DNA of 46,498 bases from Rhizaria sp. SCN 62-66. Lineage: Eukaryota. The notes under the pieces were generated by a model. That model was not told the DNA's origin. It worked only from the letters and a program-made list of their open reading frames with translations, and ran no database searches. The DNA lies in NCBI GenBank assembly GCA_001724265.1, contig MEDY01000238.1, positions 1 to 46,498 of the forward strand, in the 5' to 3' direction. A program made the translations under genes and the position numbers. Of this stretch, positions 36,893 to 46,498 are shown piece by piece (positions within the stretch are counted from its first letter, which is position 1; each line of letters opens with the position of its first letter).

Positions 36893-38325
36893 TGCTGCTG
36901 CTGCTGCTGCAACCTCTGGCAAGAAGGACAAGAAGGACAAGAAAGACAAGAAGGAGAAGAAGGAGAAGAAAGACAAGAAGGCTGACAAGAAGGCTGCCGC
37001 CGCTGCCGCTGCGGAGAGTAGCGACGATGAGGTTTTTGGCTCTGCACTCGCGTCTACCGCCGCCCCTGTGACCGCTCCTGTTGCTGTCCCGGCTCCGGCG
37101 CCTGTAGTGCCTGCACCTGCTGTTGTTGTGGCCGCGCCTGCTGTGTCGTCGGGGGGCTTCTATGATGACGACGATGACGACGAGCTCGTTGCTCCTGTTG
37201 CTGTCCCTGTTGCTGTCCCTGTTGCTGTCCCTGTTGCTGCACCTGTTGCTGCGCCCGTCGCTGCTGCAGCTGAGATCGAGACTACGACTGCATTTGTTGC
37301 TGAGATCAAAAAGGACGACGCTGTTGACGAGGTCGCGGAGGATGACGATGACGAGCTCGAGGTCCCTGCCAGTGCCACTGCTCCTACCACCGCCACTGCT
37401 GCTGAGACCAAGGCTGAGGCCGAGGCTGAGGCTGAGACCGAGGCTGAGGCTGAGACCGAGGCTGAGGCTGAGACCGAGGCTGAGGCTGAGACTGAGACTG
37501 CTGCTTCTGAGCCTGAGACTGTTGTTGCTCAGAACGAGGCAGCTGTCGCCACTGAGAAGCCTACGGCCATCAATAGCGATAACGATAACGACACCGATAC
37601 AGACGTCGGCGTTGTGGTGACCGTCGCCTCTCCCGTCGCTGCTGACGCTGGCAGCGCTGACGCTGACGCTGATGCTGCTGAGGCTGAGGCTAAGTCCGAG
37701 GTTAAGGGTGAGGCTGAGGCTGAGAGCAATGATGACGACGACGATGACGATGACCTTGATCTCCCTGCATCTGCTGTCATTGCATCCTCCGCTGCCGAGA
37801 CCGCTGCCGAGCCCACGGTCACTGCCGCGGCACCCGAGGCCGTGGCTGAGGCCGAGGCTGAGACCGAGGCTGCCGAGGCCGAGGCCGACGCCGCTACCGT
37901 GACAGAGACTGGGATTGCGACGGCGACGGCGGACTCCGCTGACAATGAGGACGAGGATGAGCTTGATTTGCCCTCTGTTCCCGTCACTGCGGTCACTTCT
38001 GCTCCTGCTGAGGCCGAGGTTGAGGCTGAGGCTGCTGCTGCTGAGGCCGAGACCAACAAGGTCCCGACTGACGACGACGACGGCGACAACGACGAGCTTG
38101 AGCTCCCCACGACCACTGCTACTGCTGCCGCCGCTGCTGCTGCTCCTGTTGCCCCTGCTGTTGTTGAGACTCCTCCTGCTCCTGTTAGCAACAACAACAA
38201 CGCTGACGACGATGACGACGATGACGACGAGCTTGATGTTCCCGTTACTTCCACCCCTGTCGCTTCCGCAGCTCCCATTGCCGAGGCTGCCGCTGCCGCT
38301 GCGCCCGCGCCCGCCGCTGCTACGT

Positions 38326-38356
<31 letters not shown>

Positions 38357-38702
38357 CGCGCCCGCTACCGGCGGCTTCTACGACGATGATGATGACGACG
38401 ACCTCGACCTCCCCACGACCGCTGCCACTGCTGCCGCGGTGGCTGTGAGTGCATCTGCAGGCGGTCTCTTCTCGTCCCTCAACGCCCCCTCCGCCGGGTT
38501 TGATCTTTCCGGCCTCAACAGCGGCCTCAGAGGCGGCCTTGGCTTCGGCGGCGGCTTCGCTGGCGGCGTTGTCGTCCCCAGCACTGAGAGATACGAGTAC
38601 GACGAGGCCGCTGAGCTCGCAGCCTTCGACGATGACGGCGACGGCGACGGTGGCGCGGCCAACGCGGCGGGCGGCGCCGATGACGGATACGAACGCTTCG
38701 GC

Positions 38703-38738
<36 letters not shown>

Positions 38739-38903
38739 CGCGCGGGCGCTGAGGCCGACGCCAGTGAGGGCAAGAAGGAGAAGAAGGAGAAGAAGGACAA
38801 GAAGGAGAAGAAAGAGAAGAAGGAGAAGAAGAGCAAGAAGGCTGTGTACAGTGACGACGACGATGACAACGGCGCTGCTTTGGGCGGATTCTATGACGAT
38901 TGA
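33303..38903 (+). CDS. RABL6: Rab-like protein 6 (RBEL1/Parf) with a long low-complexity tail; exons 33303-33540, 33733-34724, 34986-35150, 35316-38903
   Basis: VKVIIRGAPRTGKTSLFHALQG, PTPEVQSAKVGW, DYVTLDLIDLVDSG, VVVVLGFRD and ELSLRTGFGLPALHSFFSLPFL parallel RABL6 [21 protein letters not shown] ... SSMKNSFGLKYLHKFFNIPFL. Tail is acidic and KKEK-rich. Ends in TGA. Confidence 0.85.
37401..37500 (+). repeat. 18-bp coding tandem repeat (AEAETE)
   Basis: gaggctgaggctgagacc units in the RABL6 tail. Confidence 0.8.
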
Positions 38904-39285
38904 GCTCTTTGATTTAAGTTCAGCTCCTGCAATGTGTTAACAAATGTTGTCTGACGCTTGTTTTCTCGTGAACTTTCTTGAGTTCATGTTGTAATTTAAC
39001 GTGCCAATTTAAAGTCAATTGTTTTTTGTTTCTGAATCATTAACATCAACAATTTCTACGAATAGATACATACTTAACACTCATGTGTGTACAAAATAAG
39101 ACTTTGTATGTAAACAAACGTTCCACTGCAAATTTATAATTGTCGCAGAGAACAGGCTAAATAATAAGATCGTGGCTTAAAGTAACGATTGCCAATAAGG
39201 AGCACATCAAGGACTAGGTAACATGTAGGTTGAGTAACGCAACTCAGACAGCAATGCATGTTGCTGCTGGAACCACGACGCAGCA

Positions 39286-39862
39286 TCACTGCTGCGCCGC
39301 CGCAGCGGGCGTGCCGCCCGAGCTGAGGCAGAGATACGTCCCGAGCGAGATAAGCGCGGCGCCGAGCAGCAGGCGCCGCGAGGGCCGCGACTCGCCCAGT
39401 GCGGCGCCGGTGAGCGCGGTGGCCACGAAGGTCAGCGCGTTGCACAGCGGCTGCGCCAGCGACAGGTCCAGGCGGTACAGCGCGAGCAAAAAGAAAAAGG
39501 AGCCCAGTTGGTTTAGCGCGAAGGCCAGCCAGAACGAAGGCGTGCGCAGGCCGGCAGCCAGACCACCACCAGTGTTGCTGCTGCCCTTGATGCTGCTACC
39601 GCTCTTGCCGTCGCTGGGAACCGGGGACATGTCGTCACTGGGAGTAGAGTCACGCGAGTGCTTGCTCAGACTACACACAAGCAAAGACGCGTAAAAAGAG
39701 CGTGGTGAGATGTGATGTGCGAGCGGTGCGGGTAGCGGGCAGAGAGGCGCGAAAAGAGTGGTGGACGTACAATGGGTTTGTGCAGCCCCAGCAGACAGCG
39801 ACAAGCGCAACGTAGACAAGCGATGGTATGCTATCCAAATAAGGGCGAATAAATTCAGCCAT
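39286..39862 (-). CDS. TMEM234: TMEM234-family small membrane protein; exons 39862-39771 and 39670-39286
   Basis: LVAVCWGCTNPF|LSK ... FWLAFALNQLGSFFFLLALYRLDLSLAQPLCNALTFVATALTGAALGE. 100-nt GTACGT...TAG intron. Ends in TGA. Confidence 0.9.
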
Positions 39863-40147
39863 ATTCCTGATCGAAAAGTGTGCACCGGGCCTTCTTAACG
39901 ATCACAAACTGGAGATATCATTTGATGATGATAGGACTCTTCGTGGTCCTCCGACGATCAACAACGGCTCTCGTATCAAAGCCGTGGGTTGTCCCTTTTT
40001 CGCTAGCACTCTACACCTTATCTCATCATTGAATAAGACTTTAACTACTTCTACCAAACTGTACAGCCTCTTTTGTATACTATAATTTTGGCTTACACTT
40101 CCAAATTATGCACCGCTCTCACTATTTCACATCTCCTGAAGACCAAG

Positions 40148-41824
40148 ATGCTGCGCCGGTCGACACGGCTGACGCTGCGCAGCGCTGCCGAGGCCGAGGA
40201 GATTCTGAGTCCCGCCAAGCCCGCCGCTGCGCCGGAGACCAAGGCGGATGACTCGTACGTGCTCGACTATGACATGCCTCCGCAGGTGTCTCTGGGCGGC
40301 TACTCGCGTCACGTCACTCCGGGCGCCCAGCGCATCCGCAGCAGCTTCGCGCCTTCCCTCGCGTCGCTCGCTTCTCTCGCCACCGTGCCCACTGCGTCCG
40401 TCGCGCCGCACACACCCGCTCCGCCGACCACGCTCTCCACATCGTTCTCCGACTCGCTGGACTCGCCGCCGCCGCCCGTGGCCTCGCTGCGTACGCCGCG
40501 CTTCGCGCGCCCGATGAACCCCGTGACCAGTCTCTCGGGCCTCAACACGCCCGGCGCCGGCGCGGCCGGCCACGCCGGGCTTGGCGCGATTGCGAGTACG
40601 CCCTTCGCGGCGCGGGCCGGCGCGGGCGCGTTCCCCGCCACGCCCAGCGGCTTCTTCGGCCACAATAGCCACCACAACAACAATAACTACAACGCCAACG
40701 CCACTGCCGCTGCTGCTGGTGCTGGTGCTGGTGCTGGTGCTGGTGCTGGTGCTGGCGCTGGCGCTGGCGCTGCGGGTGCGAACACGCTGGCGACACCGCG
40801 GCCGTTTCCGGTGCACCCCGGGCACACGCCCGCGCCCGCGGTGGCCCCCACCTCGGCCTCTGCGTCTGCTATATCCAGCAGCAGTAGCTCCAGCGCTGCC
40901 CACTCCGCCTTCAGCCCTGCACCTCACACCGCCGCTGCCGCTGCTGCGTCGCCCGCGCACTCGCTCGTCCCGGCGGCCCCGATGACCGCTGTGTTTGTGG
41001 CGGCGTCGGCGGCGGCGCTGGTGTCGGCCCCCGACGCCCGCGCGACCGCGTCGCTGCTGCGGCACTGCGTGACCGTCTTCGGCTTCCCGCCCCACCGCGC
41101 CGCGCTCGTGCTCCCTGCGCTGCTGCGCGCCGCCGCCGCGGCCTCCGCGGGCGGCAGCGCGGGCGGCGCGGGCGCGCGCAGGGACCCCGCGGCTCCGGAC
41201 GCGGCCGTGGCCGTGCTGGCCCTCGGCTCGGCCTCCGCGGCCGAGGCCGTGCTGTCGCGCAACGGTGCGCTCGTCGGCGGGTACATGATCGGCGTCAAGC
41301 CCACGGAGCGGCACGAGGTGTCGGCCGCGTTTCTGCTTTCGCTCGCCGAGGAGGCCGCCGCCCAGGCGAACAATAGTCACGCCGCGGCTTATGTTAAGAG
41401 CAGCGACGTCCTGGGCTACGACGGCGATGACGACAACAACGGGGAGGACTACGCGGCGAAGCAGCTGCGTGCGGGCCACGACGGCAGCGATGACAGCAGC
41501 GACAGTGAGCAGCAGTTGGAGCAAGACCAGGCCGCTGCGGTCGCGGCGGCGGAGGCGGCCGCGGAGGCCGAGGCCGAGGAGGAGGCCGGGGACATCTTTG
41601 ATCTTGACGCGCACATGCAGCGCCAGGCCCGCGTTGCCGCCGCGCGCCGCTCGCGCTCGCGCTCCGCCGCGCCGGGCAAGAGCAACAGCAACTGCAGCGA
41701 GTCTGCATAGTCCGAGTCTGTGTTTGCGGGACGGGCTGGGGTGCAGCGGGCGCCGTGGGAGGACACTGTGCCGCGTCGTGTATCAGTCTGTGTGCGCATT
41801 TGCGAGTACTTTCGCGGATATTGA
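40148..41824 (+). CDS. NUP35: Nucleoporin Nup35/Nup53 (MPPN-type RRM); in-frame TAG at 41708-41710
   Basis: RRM ends CVTVFGFPP...AEAVLSRNGALVGGYMIGVKP (cf. WVTVFGFP...ALSKDG..IMIGVKPC). Reading through the TAG gives C-terminal SVCVRICEYFRGY-TGA, resembling the Nup35 terminal amphipathic helix SLVSKAMEYMFGW. Confidence 0.82.
41708..41710 (+). other. In-frame TAG, probable sense codon (Nup35)
   Basis: The frame stays open for 37 more codons to a Nup35-like C-terminus and TGA. Confidence 0.8.
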
Positions 41825-42509
41825 AACACGAGCTGCGAAGTAAGAAGCGCAAACGAATGGACGTGAGCAGAGAATAACGTTTATCATGTTCGGAGCGTGA
41901 TTATGTTCCACTCTCTTCGGGGCCAGATATAATGGCCTTTTGGCGGCTCGATGGAGACTGCACAACATAAAGTCCTATTTAATGTGATCAAATCTATGCA
42001 TTGTCGCTGTTTATAGTTTACCACAGCTGAATCTCACTCAAATATCGACTTGATTGTGATACCACCACAAGCTTCTCTATCACTTGACTGCTGCGCAGTG
42101 AGAGGCGACAGGTGGGACTTTAGGTAAACTTTGAGTCGCTGGATCTGTTGCTATTGAACGTCGATAATGACAGCGCCATATATTCATATTAAAATAAGAG
42201 CGATGTACTGCGTTTTAAATTTCGTATCTTTAACAATGCTCGTCTCGACCTTAATATCCACTTTTTTCTGTTCCATACCTCGATCCATCGTTCGAATTAA
42301 CTTCACTTCCTTCCCGTCCGTCTGCCCTTTGTTCGATTGCAGTCTTCCTTCTTCACGCGTGTGCTTTCGCACCACACGTCTAACTCACACACATCAACGC
42401 TCTCCAGCGTTTGAGAGTTGCGCTTTTAGCTTCCCTGTAGACCACTAAAGTCTCGTCTTGTTCTCGGTTCAAACGTCGCGCTCGCGTTTGTTTGCCCACC
42501 TTCCCTTCG

Positions 42510-45500
42510 ATGCGTCGCTTCCTGCTCCTGCTGGCGTCCCTGGCGTCACTGCTGGTGCTGCCTGCGCTTGCCAGTGACCCGCGCGTGGCTGAGGTCGCGT
42601 ACACGCGCGTGCTCAGCTCGCGCCCCGCGTTCCGCACCCTGACCCGCGATTCGGTGGCCGGCTCCGCCTCCGCGCGCGGCGGCACGCGCGGCGCGCTCTT
42701 CTACGTCAACGACACGGCCTCGTACGACGCGCTGCTCGCACTTGTGGGCGCCGGCGCGTCGGCCTCGGCCCCGCGCGTGGCCGTCGTGATGGAGACGACG
42801 TTCTTCACCGCGCCGATAATCCGCGCGCTCAACGCGTCGATCCCGACTGACCGGCTCGCTGCCGTGCTCGTGATCCCCGCGCCCGCGCCCGAGGACGGCT
42901 TTTCCCCCGCCGAGCCCGCGCCCAATGGGCCCGTGGACATCAACGCCGCGGCCGGGTACCAGTGGAACCCCCTGGGCACTTCCTTATCATTCGACTCGTT
43001 CCCTTTCCCGCTCACCTCGATCACAGGCAGCAATGCGGTCACGCTGCGGCGGCGCGCGCTGGCCAACGCGGCGCGCCGCGCGGAGGGCTCGCACCCGGGC
43101 TACACGGCGCACGCGCGGCAGTACATGTTCTCGACGCTTTCCTCGGAGAACTGCTTCGAGGTCAACAACTGCTATCCCATCGGAGGCTACTCTGTCTGGG
43201 CCACGCTAGGCAACCTCACGGCTACTAACGACACGCCTTCGCCGGCGACCAACAGCTCGAAGCGCGAGATCGTGCTGGTGGCGAGCCAGATGGACGCCGC
43301 GGCCTTCTTCCCCGGCCGCGCACACGGCGCCGACGCCGCCGTCTCCGGTACCGTCGTCACTCTGGCCGCCGCCCACGCGCTCAGCCAGGTCGAGGGCGTC
43401 ATGGCGCTGGAGCGCAACCTCATCTTTGCGCTCTTCAACGGCGAGAAGTTTGACTACGTCGGCTCCCGCAACTTTTTTGGCGATTTATATGGCAATTTCA
43501 CCTGCCCTGAAGGCAACGAACGGCTCGGCACCAGCCCCAACGGCACTGAGGGTGTGCCTGTCGGCTGCAACCAGCCCTTCCGCACCGAGTTGGCGTTCAA
43601 AAACGTACGCATATATCTTTATGTCGACGCATAATCAAACTATTTTCTTTTAAGACGTCGTTTTCCTGTCGCATTTTGTAAGTTTTGAGTTGCACTAATT
43701 TGTTGCTCTTGGCTCTTCTTTTTCGTTCGTGTTGTTTAGATTGACCCGAACCAGATTGTGTCTGCCATTGAGGTGAACCAAGCTGCGCTGTCGACTTTCC
43801 TTTACGCGCACATTGAGGTCCGTTGTAACTCTTAATCTACGCTATTATAGCATCGACACTCTCGCTCTTGCTGCGAGAGGGCGACTTTAAAGTTTGTTGC
43901 TTGCGAGCCATTTTTAGAGCACAAATCTTGCATGTATCGCACAATTCTATGCTAATTTACCTTTTCCTATTATGTTTTACGCAATTCACAGAAAAACTCG
44001 ACCTCTGCGCCCGACCTGGTGGCTGCGATCAAGGCCGCAGCCGCGACGACGCCGCTGCCGTACCCCCCGCCCGGCTACACTGAGGTCAAGGACGCTGCGG
44101 CCGAGACCCCCGGGCTGCCCCCGGCGTCGCTGCAGTCGCTCGTGGCCGCGCGCCGCCTTGCGCCGCTGCCGGCTGCGCTCGCTAACGGCAGCATTGCGGA
44201 CCAGGTACGTAGGCGAAACATCTTGTGACGACGATTATCTCAAGACTTTCTGTGCCATATCGCGGCTTTTTTAAAGCTTATTTGTGTGGATTTTTTTGTT
44301 TCTTTATGCTTCAGTTTCGAGCCAAAAGATGCGTGCTTCTATCACATCATACTTATTTGTGTATCTTTATTGTCGTGCTTTCACTTCCATCGTTCTTAGG
44401 ACGCGTGGCGCGACGTGCCCGCCGTCGTCCTGACTGACCATGAGGCCCAGTATGTCAACAAGTTCTACGGCTCGCGCCTTGACAACCTCGACAATATTAA
44501 CAAAGACCAAGGTACGTTTCATATCTACACACGGTGGCAAACTTGATTAGTGTCAACTCACTTTGAGTTCACTTTGCGTTCTTGGTGTTACTCTCACAGT
44601 ATCCAACTCTTGACTTATGTTTCACTGGTAACCGCTCTTGCTCATCATCTTCACTTTGCTTTGTTCCCCTTGCTATGTCCCCACCCCCAGGCTTTAACCA
44701 GCTGTGTGCGTCTGCGACGCTGCTGGCGCGCACGCTGCTCACGGTCGCGCAGCCCTCGTCCCCGCCCAACGCCACCGCGCTCGCCGCGGTCTCCGCCGAC
44801 TGCGCGCTCGTCGTCGACCTGGTTCACTGCCTTACCGTCAACCCAGGCTGCGAACTGCTCAACGCGGTTGCCCCGGGCGCGTTCGGCGCCTCTGTGGCCG
44901 CTGCGGCGACTGCCGTGGTCAACTCCGGCGGCACGGCGACGACCAATCTGTACGCGCAGAACCCACCGTCGCTGTACCCGTCCTCCTACATCCCCATGTT
45001 CCCCTCGTACGTCACTTAGTTCACTCTTAGATCCGCACCGTGCTAATTGAAAATGAAAATGCGATCTTCAACTCCACCCTAATTGTTTTTCCTTTGCTCG
45101 ACTCCCTTGGCTTTTTTGTTTTTTGTTTTTTGTTTGTGACTTTTAATCTTTCTCAGCCAAATCATGGGCATGCCGGCCGCGCTACGCGGCTTTCTGGACG
45201 CTGTGGCGCGCAACGCGACTCTGGCCGCGATCCCCGACGCTGACCCGGCCGACGCGGACGCCGCCGCCGCCGCCAAGGCCGCGGTGGCGAAGCAGTCGTT
45301 CGCCTTCTTCCACGACGCCCTGGACCCGGGGCTCGCGCTGGACCGCGCGCGGCGGCGCTTCGTGGTGCTGCCCGCGGTCAGCGACGACACGGCCGAGGAG
45401 CTGCTGCCCTGGACCGGGCTGGCGACGCCGTTGCCGTGGAGCGCGTCGCGACTGTGGGCGGAGAGCAACTGGGACAACGACATCGGGCTCGACCTGTACC

Positions 45501-45622
45501 GCACAGAGGACGGCGACGTCGTCATAATGACTGCGATTGGCGGCGCAATCACGGCCGTTGTTGGGTTCTTCGTCGTGGTCTGGGTGCGCCGGTGCGCACG
45601 CAGGATGTACAAGGAGACGTGA
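42510..45622 (+). CDS. NCSTN: Nicastrin (gamma-secretase subunit); exons 42510-43604, 43740-43817, 43992-44204, 44400-44511, 44691-45006, 45157-45622
   Basis: Signal peptide, WNPLGTSLSFDSFPFPL, CYPIGGYSVW, FNGEKFDYVGS (DYIGS motif), GLPPASLQS, VVLTDHEAQYVNKFYGSRLD, WAESNW and a C-terminal TM helix. All five introns keep the frame. Ends in TGA. Confidence 0.94.
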
Positions 45623-46123
45623 AGCATCGAGTCTGCGCGAGTTAGGTGACTCAAAAGTGCCGACTTCGTGCTTTTCAGGTGGATGTTCGGGTCTTGCGAG
45701 ATCTTGAGACACTCTACCGGGCCATTATGAGATAAATACACTGATTATTGCTTTATTATTTCAATCGATATGAAATTTCAAGCTTCTAGAGAACGATTTG
45801 TGATGCGTTTGAGAGGGGTCGGTTCCCTGAGAAACGAGAAGGGATATACACAGGGGAAATAAAGGTCTTTGGAAGCCGGAAAAAAGATGATCTTTTGAAA
45901 AGATATGTTAAATGAATCTTGTTTTGATTGTTTTAAGAAAGTGGAGAGATAGAGCGTGAATCTTGCAGGAATGTTTGATATGAGCGAGGTGGTTCCCAAA
46001 AATCTTGCGGGCAGCTGCTGGTCGCAAAAATGAATCCCCCGCCCCCTCATACTAGCTCCGAATGCGGGGCCCTCTCGAGACGACCTCCCGGTCGATTTCT
46101 TTCGTTCGGTTATCAAGGAAACC

Positions 46124-46498
46124 ATGTCTTCCAAGGTACGTGCTGATCCTTTTGCATATTTTTGAGACATTGATTTACGCTCCCGCGCATTCTGCATTGC
46201 TATTTCGGTTCATTTGTGCCTCTATATGGCTTGTGAAGGTTGGCCCTAGGGCTTAGTCCGGTCAGTGCAAACTCTGGTTGCCTGCGCTATGCTGGCTTGC
46301 GTCGCCCCGCCGTTGCCGCATACTTTAGCATTATCTCACATATACCCACACTTCTTCTATACCTTCATGTCGTACTCCTGCCTCGCTCCCGCTTCATTGT
46401 AGGTTGTCGTCATTGACTGCAAGGGTCACCTGCTCGGTCGCCTCGCTGCCGTTCTTGCCAAGGAGCTTCTCAATGGCAAGAAGGTTGTGTGCGTCCGT
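46124..46498 (+). CDS. RPL13A: 60S ribosomal protein L13a (uL13), 5' part; exons 46124-46135 and 46403->46498
   Basis: [36 protein letters not shown], with a GTACGT...TTGTAG intron. Confidence 0.95.

Noticed and set aside
36840-38830. Tandem repeats as a CRISPR array or satellite
   Set aside because: They are in-frame codon repeats (poly-Ala, KKEK, GA, AEAETE) in a eukaryotic exon, with no repeat-spacer structure.
39671-39673. TAG ending ORF 39671..39862
   Set aside because: It is the 3' splice acceptor of the TMEM234 intron, neither a stop nor a sense codon.
45017-45019. Apparent in-frame TAG in nicastrin (PSYVT*)
   Set aside because: It lies inside an intron starting GTACGT at 45007. Splicing to 45157 restores the frame, so it is not counted as evidence for the code.
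46136-46402. Possible snoRNA in the RPL13A intron
   Set aside because: The central part is G-richer and an ACA is present, but I could not find convincing C/D or H boxes with the right hairpins. An Infernal/snoReport search would be needed.

Overview
Eukaryotic nuclear DNA, probably from a flagellated protist: GC-rich, Ala/Gln-rich low-complexity exons, AT-rich intergenic DNA and 100-270 nt GT-AG introns. Protein genes in order: vacuolar H+-pyrophosphatase (partial), a ~5,480-aa single-exon Sen1/senataxin-like SF1 helicase, a membrane-anchored 3xKH protein, TEX47-like, DNAAF1/LRRC50, RABL6, TMEM234, Nup35/Nup53, nicastrin and RPL13A (partial). There are seven tRNA genes: 4x Arg-ACG, 2x Lys-CTT, 1x Ala-AGC. 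Main finding: four in-frame TAG codons sit inside three otherwise intact genes (Sen1-like x2, DNAAF1, Nup35). Reading through them restores conserved sequence, and all eight complete gene models then end in TAA or TGA. This points to a non-standard nuclear genetic code in which UAG alone is a sense codon (most likely Gln) and UAA/UGA remain stops. No CUA-anticodon tRNA was found in the window. All homology calls are by-eye motif recognition, not database searches.
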